Of a DNA stretch of 64,000 nucleotides, positions 29,304 to 38,706 are shown in pieces (positions within the stretch are counted from its first letter, which is position 1; each line of letters begins with the position of its first letter). A model generated the notes under the pieces. That model made no database searches. It saw only the letters and a program-made list of their open reading frames with translations, and was not told the origin of the DNA. This stretch comes from Ignavibacteriales bacterium (GTDB lineage: Bacteria; Bacteroidota; Ignavibacteria; T3Sed10-11): positions 69,774 through 133,773 of the forward strand of contig PWXV01000336.1 in assembly GCA_003568415.1 (NCBI GenBank), read 5' to 3'. A program made the position numbers and the translations under genes.

Positions 29304-30972
29304 AGTTGCCGGTGCAGCGATGATGCTTTTTCTGCTCTCCAATTTTCTGGTTGTACACACCAATAAAGCGGGAGATCACAGCGATGCTTTCGATATGGTA
29401 ATGCGGGGCGCATCCATTCAGGAGGCATATGCTCATCAACAAAAATGTGGATTGCCCTTTTTTGCAGAGGTAAAAAACAACTGGGATAAACTTAGTGCTC
29501 TTCAGCAACAGGAGTTCCAGGAACAATTCAGCAGACCCGAGACCGATACCTATACCGTCAGTTCGAGCGGCTTCTTTCGCATCCACTATGATACCAGTGG
29601 AACGCATGCTCCTGATTTAACCGATAACGGTGGAAACGGGATTCCGGACTATATCGACTCTGCTGCTGTGGCATTTGATAAATCCTACAATTATCACATC
29701 AATATACTCGGTTACGAGTCACCCGAGGAGTATGGTTCTGTTGATCCTGTAACAAATGATACCATCCGATACGATGTGTATGTTCAAAATCTGATGTCGG
29801 GTATTTATGGTGAGACCAGATGGTTTGGAGACAGAATCAATGACGAAGAAGAACGTGTTCCGCGGTATCGAACATACATACTGGTTCATAATTCATATGC
29901 CGGATTCCCGTCACCGGGTATTAAAGGATTACAAGTTACGGCTGCTCACGAATTCCATCATGCTATACAAATAGGTTCGTACGGTAACTGGTTAGAGCTG
30001 GATTCACAAAATTCAAGGTTTTTTTATGAAATAACATCGACTTGGCTTGAGGATGTTGTTTATCCTGAAATTAATGACTATCTATATTATCTTCCGGTTA
30101 TATTTACGAATACGGTTTATAATTTCCCGTTTTACCATAGTGTTGGATTGCATATGTATGCCCGGGCTATCTGGGGACATATGATGGAACGCAGGTATGA
30201 CAGGGATATAATGCGCACAAAATGGGAGTATATTAGGAATATGCACCCACTTGAAGCGATAAACAAGGCGTTGCGGGATCAGGGATCGACTTTGGAACAG
30301 GAACTTGCAGAATTTAATTTATGGAAATTTTATACCGGGACTCGGGCTCGTCCGGACAAATACTTTATTGACGGCGTCGAGTATCCAATGTTGCAAGAAA
30401 AATCCAATATGACTCATATCAGTGAAACTATGTTTCGGGGGGTCGATGAATCGACCCAGACATTACATTTTCATTCAATTATGACACAGGAGCAGGAAAA
30501 AGTTTATTTTATTGTATCGAATGTGGATAAAGCGGTTAATACCGAAAATAATTTCTATGAGTTAACTATCGTATCACAACCCCGAGCGAACGCAATTGAA
30601 CTCGGTAACGATTTATGGTATCGGTTTGAAGCAAACAACCGGTCGACCTGGAAAGTTATCCCACTGTATACCGGCACCCCCGTCGTCGATGAGCGTGTAA
30701 CGATGTATCCAAACCCGTTCCGAACAGGTCAGGCATCATCATTGACGTTTGTACTCGATACGGATGATGATGTACGCTTATCAATATTCTCGAGTGATAT
30801 GCGTCTTGTTTATCAGGATTATATTGAACGGTCTCAGGCATTTGGCAGAACGGTGTATCGGTGGGATGGACGTGACGATCGTGACCGTCAGGTTGCGAGC
30901 GGTGTTTATGTATATGTTTTAGAATATGATGACACAGTAACCAAAGGAAAAGTAACAATTATCCGGGAATAA
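29293..30972 (+). CDS. Putative secreted HExxH zinc metallopeptidase with a T9SS (Por) C-terminal sorting domain.
   Basis: HEFHH motif (TAAHEFHHAIQIG), an N-terminal signal peptide (MSTRVAGAAMMLFLLSNFLVV), and a C-terminal ~80-aa CTD (MYPNPF...SGVYVYVLEYDDTVTKGKVTII). The ATG at 29293 overlaps the upstream gene by 11 nt. The ORF track lists an extension back to 29080 that is probably not translated. Confidence 0.6.
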   Translation: MSTRVAGAAMMLFLLSNFLVVHTNKAGDHSDAFDMVMRGASIQEAYAHQQKCGLPFFAEVKNNWDKLSALQQQEFQEQFSRPETDTYTVSSSGFFRIHYDTSGTHAPDLTDNGGNGIPDYIDSAAVAFDKSYNYHINILGYESPEEYGSVDPVTNDTIRYDVYVQNLMSGIYGETRWFGDRINDEEERVPRYRTYILVHNSYAGFPSPGIKGLQVTAAHEFHHAIQIGSYGNWLELDSQNSRFFYEITSTWLEDVVYPEINDYLYYLPVIFTNTVYNFPFYHSVGLHMYARAIWGHMMERRYDRDIMRTKWEYIRNMHPLEAINKALRDQGSTLEQELAEFNLWKFYTGTRARPDKYFIDGVEYPMLQEKSNMTHISETMFRGVDESTQTLHFHSIMTQEQEKVYFIVSNVDKAVNTENNFYELTIVSQPRANAIELGNDLWYRFEANNRSTWKVIPLYTGTPVVDERVTMYPNPFRTGQASSLTFVLDTDDDVRLSIFSSDMRLVYQDYIERSQAFGRTVYRWDGRDDRDRQVASGVYVYVLEYDDTVTKGKVTIIRE

Positions 30973-31674
30973 ATGAATTCAGTACATTTACAGCTTGAGA
31001 ATGTTCGAAAAGAATTCTCACGCCGTATCATATTCGACAAGATTAATTTTGAACTGACCAATGGTAATTCAATTGCAATTACCGGTATAAACGGTTCCGG
31101 TAAATCTACGCTTGTTAAGATCATTGCGGGTATACTATCACCAACCCGGGGAATAGTGACATTAACCGTGAACGGGAAAGAAATGAAACTAGAGCAGTAC
31201 CATAATTATATCGGTTTTGTAGCACCTTATATTCAAATGTATGATGAATTCAGTGCATATGAAAATCTGAAATTTTTTGCCCGTATTCGCGGTATGCATT
31301 TTGATGCCGGGTATGCAGACCAATTGCTCGACCGCATTGTCCTTTATTCGCGACGAAATGACGCGGTCCGTACATACTCCAGTGGTATGAAGCAGCGATT
31401 AAAATATGCCTTTGCATTGTTGCATAAACCGGAGATATTGATATTCGATGAGCCACGTGCTAATCTCGACCGGCATGGTATTGCAACCGTGTATTCGATT
31501 ATGGAAGAAAATAAACCGGAATCTGTCATCATCCTTGCAACCAATGATGAGGAAGATCTTTCCCATGTGGAAACTATAATTAATCTCGACGAATTAAAAG
31601 AACAACAGAAATCGGAAAAACAAATGAGATCTTCAGCAAGGTCGAAACAGCCATCGACCGAAGTGGCCAAATAA
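30973..31674 (+). CDS. ccmA: Heme exporter ATP-binding protein CcmA-like ABC ATPase.
   Basis: Walker A GINGSGKST, Walker B ILIFDEP. It starts 1 nt after the upstream stop and is followed by ccmB/C/E/F. Confidence 0.65.
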   Translation: MNSVHLQLENVRKEFSRRIIFDKINFELTNGNSIAITGINGSGKSTLVKIIAGILSPTRGIVTLTVNGKEMKLEQYHNYIGFVAPYIQMYDEFSAYENLKFFARIRGMHFDAGYADQLLDRIVLYSRRNDAVRTYSSGMKQRLKYAFALLHKPEILIFDEPRANLDRHGIATVYSIMEENKPESVIILATNDEEDLSHVETIINLDELKEQQKSEKQMRSSARSKQPSTEVAK

Positions 31675-31676
31675 CT

Positions 31677-32348
31677 ATGCTCTATATACAACAGACAGCA
31701 GCGGTGTTTATAAAAGATTTTAAATCTGAATTGCGTACTCGATATGCAATAAACGCCCTCGTAATGTTTGTGATCACAACACTCTCGATCATACTTTTCT
31801 CAATAGGCGGTGAGCGGGTTTCACCGGATGTTCTTGCCGGAATGTTATGGGTGGTCATATTCTTCTCGGCGATGTCGGGTTTATCGCGATCGTTTGTGAG
31901 TGAGGAGGAGCGCGGTACAACTATGACGCTTCAGTTGCTGGCACAACCAGCAATTATCTATTTTGGTAAATTGGTATTTAATCTGGTACTCATTTTTTCG
32001 ATTAACACACTCGTTGTAACACTATATTTATTGTTGATCCCACTGTTTACGGTTCAGACGACCAGTATATTTTTATTGACGCTTTTTCTCGGAAGTTTCG
32101 GCCTGGCATGTGCCTCAACAATCATAGCGGCAATCATTGCAAAGGCAAATTCCAAAGGAACGCTTTACCCGGTGCTTTCATTCCCGATATTACTACCACT
32201 TTTAATGACTGTTATGAACGCTACCAAATTATCACTTGACGGAGCACCCCTGAGCGAAGCAGCCGGAGAATTTCGCGTCCTTGTGTCATATTCTGTCGTT
32301 TTGATAGCCGTTTCGTGGGTTTTATTTGACTATGTCTGGAAGGATTGA
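31677..32348 (+). CDS. ccmB: Heme exporter protein CcmB-like permease.
   Basis: 223 aa with 6 TM helices and an FVSEEERGT(x)L motif resembling the CcmB FxxExxxGxLE region. The assignment comes from context and is only moderately certain. Confidence 0.55.
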   Translation: MLYIQQTAAVFIKDFKSELRTRYAINALVMFVITTLSIILFSIGGERVSPDVLAGMLWVVIFFSAMSGLSRSFVSEEERGTTMTLQLLAQPAIIYFGKLVFNLVLIFSINTLVVTLYLLLIPLFTVQTTSIFLLTLFLGSFGLACASTIIAAIIAKANSKGTLYPVLSFPILLPLLMTVMNATKLSLDGAPLSEAAGEFRVLVSYSVVLIAVSWVLFDYVWKD

Positions 32349-32532
32349 TATTGCCTTATTGATAAGGTTTTCTTATTTTTAAAATAATATAAGACTCAGA
32401 GTTCCAATTTATAAGATTTTAGAGGCGTAATTTGAAAAAAGTTCCCTTAATTTGCCGAAATTTTCGACACCAATATGGCACAACATTTGATATTATATAT
32501 GTTGTAATTTTCAACACTGGAGGATTAGGGTT

Positions 32533-33246
32533 TTGAAAGGTAAATTCTGGAAGATTTTTTTGGGTGTCTGGTTGTCGATAGTGATCATTGTAGGGATGTC
32601 TCTCCCGATGGTGCCATCACCGCAATCATTTTTTGAATTCCCCATAATTCCGGGTCTCGATGAAAAAGCCCGTATCATTTTCTTCCATGTCCCAACGGCA
32701 TGGATTGCTGTGATAGCATTTTTGATGTCGATGATTAATGGCATTCAATACCTCCGGAAGAACGATTTAATATACGATGTCAGGTCATCTTCGGCTGCCG
32801 GGCTCGGATTGGTGTTTTGTATACTTGCAACAATTACCGGTGCCATCTGGGCAAAATTTAACTGGGGTGCATATTGGAATTGGGATCCCCGGCAAACGAG
32901 TATTTTTGTATTGATGTTAATCTACGGTGCATACTTTGCCCTGCGATCAGCCATCGATATTGATGAAAAACGCGCGAGTTTGTCGGCCGCTTATTCCATT
33001 ATCGCATTTGTTACAGTTCCGTTTTTGGTTTTTATTATGCCGAGAATGATGACCGGATTGCATCCCGGATCGGCGAGCGATGACGGTGCGGGCCCAGTTG
33101 TTGATTTCAGTATGGATACGACAATGTATATTGTATTTATTGCATCACTCCTTGGTTTCACGTTGTTGTATTTATGGATGTATGAACTGAAAGTTCGTCT
33201 GGGGAAAATTGAATTGTATTATGAATCACTTCGTTCTCACGATTAG
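32533..33246 (+). CDS. ccmC: Heme exporter protein CcmC.
   Basis: WWD domain WGAYWNWDPRQTS, with conserved His in the flanking loops. TTG start preceded by GGAGGA. Confidence 0.85.
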   Translation: MKGKFWKIFLGVWLSIVIIVGMSLPMVPSPQSFFEFPIIPGLDEKARIIFFHVPTAWIAVIAFLMSMINGIQYLRKNDLIYDVRSSSAAGLGLVFCILATITGAIWAKFNWGAYWNWDPRQTSIFVLMLIYGAYFALRSAIDIDEKRASLSAAYSIIAFVTVPFLVFIMPRMMTGLHPGSASDDGAGPVVDFSMDTTMYIVFIASLLGFTLLYLWMYELKVRLGKIELYYESLRSHD

Positions 33247-33256
33247 GAGGTATTGA

Positions 33257-33421
33257 TTGGAATCATTGTATGAATTTCTTGACAAGCACGATATATATAT
33301 TGTATTAGTCATTGTGCTTGTTATCTGGTTGTTGTTATATTTTTATTTATTTGCGCTGGATAAAAAAATTAAAAAAATAGAAGAATCAACGGACAGTAGC
33401 AGCGGCAGTAAAAATAATTAG
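33257..33421 (+). CDS. ccmD: CcmD-like small membrane protein (54 aa). It is absent from the ORF track.
   Basis: AGGAGG at 33245-33250, a 6-nt spacer, then TTG. It encodes (M)ESLYEFLDKHDIYIVLVIVLVIWLLLYFYLFALDKKIKKIEESTDSSSGSKNN: a single TM helix plus a charged tail, sitting between ccmC and ccmE. Confidence 0.55.
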   Translation: MESLYEFLDKHDIYIVLVIVLVIWLLLYFYLFALDKKIKKIEESTDSSSGSKNN

Positions 33422-33446
33422 TTTTACTAATATAAGGAGTGCGGGT

Positions 33447-33863
33447 ATGAACGCAAAAGCAATTGTAGCAGGTGTCATTATAGTAATATTCCTGATATTC
33501 GGTGCGTGGTCGTTCCTCGAGAGTAATGTTGAGTATACTAACTTCCAGGATGCCTACGAGACCGGTCGTACCGTTCAGGTGGAAGGCACCTGGGTAGAAG
33601 AAAAAGGTGATGAGTATAATGCCGACAGGAATGAGTTTATATTCTATATGGCAGACAAAAACGGACAGGTAGTCCGTGTCGTGCTTGAAGGTCCCCGTCC
33701 GAATAACTTCGAGATTGCAACCAGCGTGGTTGCACGCGGTCAGTTTGTGTCCGAAGATGAATTCCGGTCGACAAACGTTTTAACAAAATGTCCCTCAAAA
33801 TATGAAGGAACCGCAGAAGAGATGATGGGAGCGTCGTCGTCTGATGGTCAATATTATGAATAA
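33447..33863 (+). CDS. ccmE: Cytochrome c maturation heme chaperone CcmE, CxxxY variant.
   Basis: N-terminal TM helix and OB-fold. Its C-terminal NVLTKCPSKYEG aligns with the canonical EVLAKHDENY, with Cys replacing the heme-binding His. Confidence 0.8.
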   Translation: MNAKAIVAGVIIVIFLIFGAWSFLESNVEYTNFQDAYETGRTVQVEGTWVEEKGDEYNADRNEFIFYMADKNGQVVRVVLEGPRPNNFEIATSVVARGQFVSEDEFRSTNVLTKCPSKYEGTAEEMMGASSSDGQYYE

Positions 33864-33904
33864 GCCGCGTGATGAACGGGGTGCTTGATTAATAAGGAGG
33901 ATAA

Positions 33905-36205
33905 ATGATAGGCAGTTATATTATTAACATTGCATTTCTCGGGATTATAGTTTCGCTTGTTGCATACTATATTTCTTTCAGAAATAATAACGAAAAGTTT
34001 TTAACGTATGCCCGCATCGGGTATCATACATCAGTCGTCGGCCTGATGGTCGCGTCGGCAATATTGATGTATCTTATTTTAACACATCAGTTTCAGTATA
34101 CCTACGTCTGGAGCTATAGCTCTATGGCCCTCCCTACCGGACTATTGGCGGCATCCTTCTGGGCAGGACAGGAAGGTAGTTTTCTGATCTGGGCACTGAT
34201 AGCAGGGTTTGTTGGTGTGTTCCTGATGTCCTACTCATCGAATAAAGGATATGAAGGACAATTGATGTTTGTCTATTCAATGATTGTCGGTGTATTGTTG
34301 CTTATGCTGATTGTCAAAGATCCTTTCCTTCGCGTATGGGAATCATTTCCCGGGCAGGTTGAAAAAGGATTTATGCCGGCCGACGGACGCGGTATGAACC
34401 CGCTGCTCCAGAATTACTGGATGGTTATTCATCCGCCGGTATTATTTGTCGGTTTTGCTGCTATGGGAGCTACCTACGCTTTTGCTGTAGCTGCACTTCT
34501 TAAAAAAGATTACACACACTGGGTCAGACCCGCTACTCCCTGGTTTGCATTCGGTGTTTTATCCCTCGGTTTGGGAATTATGCTCGGTGGCTACTGGGCG
34601 TACGAAACACTCGGTTGGGGCGGTTACTGGGCGTGGGACCCGGTTGAGAATTCATCATTGGTACCATGGTTGATCGGACTTGCTGCCTTACATACGATGC
34701 TTGCACAACGTCGCAGCGGTGCTTTCGTTCGAACAAACCTGGTACTCGGTATCTTTACATTTGTGCTTGTTTTATACAGCACCTTCCTTACCCGAAGCGG
34801 AGTTTTGGGTGCAACATCGGTTCACTCCTTCGTTGAACCGGGATGGATGGCATATATTCTATTGTTATCGTTTATAATCTTCTTCGGTGGATTCGGCTTA
34901 CTATTGTTATTTCTTCGAATGCGTGAAATGCCGAGTGTCCCGATTGAATATAATTATATGTCGCGAGAATTTGCCCTCTTTCTTGGTGCTGCGGCATTAA
35001 TTTTCATCGCATTGTTTACTATCGTTGGAACATCTTCACCAATAATCACCAACTTGATTAAAGGTCAGGTGAGTGCTGTTGACATCTCATTCTACGAGCA
35101 AACCACTACACCGTTCGGTATAGCCGTTGCATTTCTTGCAGGGTTTGCACAAATATTGTGGTGGAAATCATCGAAGGCGAGAAATATTCTGCGGAATATG
35201 ATTCCCGGACTTTTCATATCCGCCATTGCAACAGGCGTGATGATTGTAATCGGGTTGACATCCATTATGATGATCTTGTTAACTTTTGCAGCATGGTTCG
35301 TCCTTGTCGTGAATGTTCAGATGGCTGTTAAGATCGGAAAGAACAATCCCCGCTTTGTCGGCGGTGCCGTCGCGCACATTGGTGTTGGTTTATTGTTCCT
35401 TGGTTTTATCACGACGGCGATGTATGATAAGCAGCAGACAATTCAGCTTGTTGAAGGTGAACCGGTTGAAGCACTTGGGTATACCTTAACCTATACCGGT
35501 TATTCTCCTGCCGGTCACGAGCGATGGGCGTTCAACGTTACTGCAGAACGTGAAGGCAGGACAATTAATCTGGCTCCGGTTATGTATCAAAGTGATTTCA
35601 ATAACAGCCTGATCAGAAATCCCGATATTGTGAACCGGTTAACGTTCGATTTTTATCTTGCTCCTCTCGGTTTGGATTCAAAGGAAGTAGACGGTATTGC
35701 CGGGAGTACTCATACCTTACAACGAGGCAGGGAAAAAAACATTGAAGATTACACGATAACATTTGTCGGCTTTGATATGGATAGTGACCAACACGTGATG
35801 GGTAGCTCGAACGAAATGGTAATCGGTGTGGATCTGGATGTTTCATATAATGGAGAGATTGAGCGTGTTGTACCTGAAATTGTAAACCGGGCTGGCGAAA
35901 TGGATTTTCGACCGGCTATGACATCGGATGCTTCGCTTGAATTTAATGTTGTATCGATTCGACCGGATCAGGATAACCCTGACCGATCGAGTGTTACACT
36001 TGACATCCGGAAAGGCGGCACTCAGCTCACCGGTACCGGTCCGGCAAAAACGCAGGATGTCCTGATTGTTGAGGCTAGCATTCAGCCATACATTAACCTG
36101 GTATGGGTTGGTACTATTTTAGCATCAATCGGATTGCTGATTACTATCATCCGGCGTGCGAACGAAGCCAGACCGAAGAATGTTGAGTCATGGTCGGCCC
36201 AATAG
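33905..36205 (+). CDS. ccmF: Cytochrome c-type biogenesis protein CcmF (heme lyase component).
   Basis: WWD domain WGGYWAWDPVENSSLVPW. 766 aa with multiple TM helices and a CcmF C-terminal region. Confidence 0.85.
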   Translation: MIGSYIINIAFLGIIVSLVAYYISFRNNNEKFLTYARIGYHTSVVGLMVASAILMYLILTHQFQYTYVWSYSSMALPTGLLAASFWAGQEGSFLIWALIAGFVGVFLMSYSSNKGYEGQLMFVYSMIVGVLLLMLIVKDPFLRVWESFPGQVEKGFMPADGRGMNPLLQNYWMVIHPPVLFVGFAAMGATYAFAVAALLKKDYTHWVRPATPWFAFGVLSLGLGIMLGGYWAYETLGWGGYWAWDPVENSSLVPWLIGLAALHTMLAQRRSGAFVRTNLVLGIFTFVLVLYSTFLTRSGVLGATSVHSFVEPGWMAYILLLSFIIFFGGFGLLLLFLRMREMPSVPIEYNYMSREFALFLGAAALIFIALFTIVGTSSPIITNLIKGQVSAVDISFYEQTTTPFGIAVAFLAGFAQILWWKSSKARNILRNMIPGLFISAIATGVMIVIGLTSIMMILLTFAAWFVLVVNVQMAVKIGKNNPRFVGGAVAHIGVGLLFLGFITTAMYDKQQTIQLVEGEPVEALGYTLTYTGYSPAGHERWAFNVTAEREGRTINLAPVMYQSDFNNSLIRNPDIVNRLTFDFYLAPLGLDSKEVDGIAGSTHTLQRGREKNIEDYTITFVGFDMDSDQHVMGSSNEMVIGVDLDVSYNGEIERVVPEIVNRAGEMDFRPAMTSDASLEFNVVSIRPDQDNPDRSSVTLDIRKGGTQLTGTGPAKTQDVLIVEASIQPYINLVWVGTILASIGLLITIIRRANEARPKNVESWSAQ

Positions 36206-36269
36206 ACCATTGGTGTAATCATTGACGGACAGCACTTTATGTCCATGAGGTTAGCTTATTAATTTCAAA

Positions 36270-36303
36270 CCCCGTATATTTTGTAGGTATGCGGGGTTTT
36301 TTT
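36270..36303 (+). terminator. Rho-independent terminator after ccmF.
   Basis: 9-bp stem CCCCGUAUA / UAUGCGGGG (with one G-U pair), then UUUUUUU. Confidence 0.65.
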
Positions 36304-36352
36304 ATGCATATTATGAATCAAAAAATTATCGGGTAAGCATAACAGGGTAGTA

Positions 36353-36769
36353 ATGAATCGCAAAATTTACTTTGCCGGCTCTATTAGTGGTGGGAGAAAT
36401 GATATAGAATTGTATCAGGCACTAATTCGCCATCTGGATCTATATGGTACAGTGCTTACAGAACATATCGGTAATCAAAATATGACAAATTTAGGAGAAG
36501 ATACTATTGCAGATAGGGAAATATATCAGAGAGATATAGCATGGATTCGTGAAGCGGATGTTGTCATCGCTGAAGTTTCAACTCCCTCGCTCGGTGTAGG
36601 ATATGAAATAAGTAAAGCAGAAGAGCTGAGTAAACCTGTGTTATGCTTATACAGGGATCGGGAAAACCACAGATTATCCGCAATGGTAGCCGGTAATCCA
36701 AAACTTACTATTGCACGATATACAAGATTAGAAGATGCGATAAAAACTATTGATGCATTTTTCGAGTAA
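36353..36769 (+). CDS. 2'-deoxynucleoside 5'-phosphate N-hydrolase (DNPH1/Rcl-like; nucleoside 2-deoxyribosyltransferase superfamily).
   Basis: It aligns along its full length to the DNPH1 pattern: YFAGSISGGRND...GTVLTEHI...ADVVIAEVSTPSLGVGYEI...LSAMV. Confidence 0.7.
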   Translation: MNRKIYFAGSISGGRNDIELYQALIRHLDLYGTVLTEHIGNQNMTNLGEDTIADREIYQRDIAWIREADVVIAEVSTPSLGVGYEISKAEELSKPVLCLYRDRENHRLSAMVAGNPKLTIARYTRLEDAIKTIDAFFE

Positions 36770-36781
36770 GAGGAGAATCCC

Positions 36782-37678
36782 ATGCGTATTCCGGCATTCC
36801 GTGGTCTTAGCCTGTATGAACTGGCAAAGCGCTCAGTTACCTATTACCTTCAAAATGATATGTTGACCTATGCAGCGGCTCTTGCTTTTCAGGCACTCTT
36901 TTCTATTTTTCCCTTTCTGATTGTTCTTATTGCATTGCTGGGCTTTTTCGATATGATGCAATTCTTTGATTGGGTGCGGCAACAAATGAGTTTATTACTT
37001 CCCGATGAAGCGATGGCGCAAGTTGATATGGTTATCGAAGAAGTACAGCAGCCGCGCGGTGGATTACTCTCAATTGGTTTGATCGTGGCGCTCTGGGTTG
37101 CATCGGGGGCGATGCGGGTTACTATTAACGCTCTCAATGTAGTATATAAAGTCAAAGAGGGAAGACCCTTCTGGAAATTATATCCTCTCTCGATTTTATA
37201 TACCCTTTGTATTGCAGGTATGCTGATTGCTGCCGCTATTCTGATGGTATTGGGCCCGCAGATTATGCAATGGTTGGCCGAGCAGATCGGGATAGAAAAA
37301 TTTTTCGTAACACTATGGACGTGGCTTCGTCTGCCTGTTGCATTAATTTTATTTATGGTTGCCGTTGCTTTTGTATACTATATAGCGCCGGATGTTGAAC
37401 AGAAAATACGATTTATTACACCGGGATCAATACTGTCGGTTCTGGTGTGGATACTTACTTCAATGGGGTTTGGCTTTTATATACAGAATTTTGCAGATTA
37501 TAGCGCTGTATATGGCAGTATAGGTACGGTAATAGTTCTGATGATGTATTTTTATATTTCAGCTGCAGTATTGCTTTTTGGTGCTGAAGTGAATGCTGTC
37601 ATTGAAGATCAGTTGCCGTCAGGGAAAAATTTCGGTGAGAAAAAATTTCTGCGACGTAAAAAACCGGTAGCGAAATGA
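36782..37678 (+). CDS. yihY: YihY/BrkB family inner-membrane protein.
   Basis: AALAFQALFSIFPFLIVLIAL signature with 6 TM helices. Confidence 0.75.
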   Translation: MRIPAFRGLSLYELAKRSVTYYLQNDMLTYAAALAFQALFSIFPFLIVLIALLGFFDMMQFFDWVRQQMSLLLPDEAMAQVDMVIEEVQQPRGGLLSIGLIVALWVASGAMRVTINALNVVYKVKEGRPFWKLYPLSILYTLCIAGMLIAAAILMVLGPQIMQWLAEQIGIEKFFVTLWTWLRLPVALILFMVAVAFVYYIAPDVEQKIRFITPGSILSVLVWILTSMGFGFYIQNFADYSAVYGSIGTVIVLMMYFYISAAVLLFGAEVNAVIEDQLPSGKNFGEKKFLRRKKPVAK

Positions 37679-38703
37679 AGAATAAATATGATGTAATCAT
37701 AGTCGGTGCCGGACCTGCCGGCTTAAACTGTGCCGAAAAATTGTCGCATGCAGGCTTGACTGTACTGATGGTGGAGCAAAAGGAAACTATAGGTTATAAA
37801 GTTTGTGCAGGAGGGCTAACAAAAAAAGATATTGAATATCTCCAAATTCCTTCAAGCTTGCTCGAGCAAGAATTCGATTCTATATCGTTTCATACGCCTT
37901 CCAAAAAAGTTGTAATACGGGGAAGGGAAAATATTTTGTATACCGTCGACCGGAAGAAGCTTGCGGAGTGGCAGTTACAAAAACTCCACTCTGGCTATGT
38001 TCACATAAAAACCGGTGTTCGTGTTACCGGTATCGAAAAGGATGGAATTATCCTGAATACTTCTGAAAAGGTGTATTATAGATATCTTGTCGGTTCCGAC
38101 GGGGCAACCTCGACCGTGAGAAAATCTCTTGGTCTGAAAGTAAATCAATACGCGGCGGCAGTGCAATATATAATTCCCGACTCAAATTACGAAGCTTTGG
38201 AAGTATTCTGTGATGCAAACTACTTTCATTCGTGGTATGCGTGGATTTTCCCCCACCGTGAATATGTTTCTGTCGGAATGATGTTCTGGCCGCAGTATTT
38301 AACCGCTGCTACTGCATTGAGTAACTTTAATCAATGGCTTGAAAAGAGGGAAATTGATGTCTCAACCGGACAATATCAGGCACATCCGATAAATTATGAG
38401 TATCAAGGATTTCATTTTGACAATATATTTTTAGCCGGTGATGCTGGAGGCTTTGCTTCAGGACTCACCGGTGAAGGTATCTACCAAGCACTCATTTCTG
38501 GCGAAATAGTTGCTCACACGATTATTGACGGTCATTATAATGATAAAGATTTGTCAGGTTTATTGAGGAAAAAAAATCTTCACGATAAAATCTTAAAATT
38601 ATTTCTAAAAGCAGGACGATGGCGAACTCAATTACATGAATTCATCGCCCTGCTTGTCAGGAATACTGCCGGACAACGATTGGCGCTCACGATTGTTACA
38701 TGA
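37675..38703 (+). CDS. Geranylgeranyl reductase family FAD-dependent oxidoreductase.
   Basis: N-terminal FAD-binding YDVIIVGAGPAGLNCA, and a GG-reductase-like length and central motifs. Confidence 0.7.
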   Translation: MKNKYDVIIVGAGPAGLNCAEKLSHAGLTVLMVEQKETIGYKVCAGGLTKKDIEYLQIPSSLLEQEFDSISFHTPSKKVVIRGRENILYTVDRKKLAEWQLQKLHSGYVHIKTGVRVTGIEKDGIILNTSEKVYYRYLVGSDGATSTVRKSLGLKVNQYAAAVQYIIPDSNYEALEVFCDANYFHSWYAWIFPHREYVSVGMMFWPQYLTAATALSNFNQWLEKREIDVSTGQYQAHPINYEYQGFHFDNIFLAGDAGGFASGLTGEGIYQALISGEIVAHTIIDGHYNDKDLSGLLRKKNLHDKILKLFLKAGRWRTQLHEFIALLVRNTAGQRLALTIVT

Positions 38704-38706
38704 TCG

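Noticed and set aside
30973-32348. Alternative reading of the ABC ATPase/permease pair as a generic ABC-2 exporter and not ccmAB.
   Set aside because: Not fully rejected. It is kept as ccmAB because of size (233/223 aa), 6-TM topology, the E-x-x-x-G-T motif and position upstream of ccmC-F. The uncertainty is recorded in the findings.
32349-32532. 184-bp AT-rich gap between ccmB and ccmC, screened for a small ORF or riboswitch.
   Set aside because: The only ORFs are 10 aa or shorter. There is no conserved structured-RNA motif or extended inverted repeat. It is most likely just an internal promoter or spacer.
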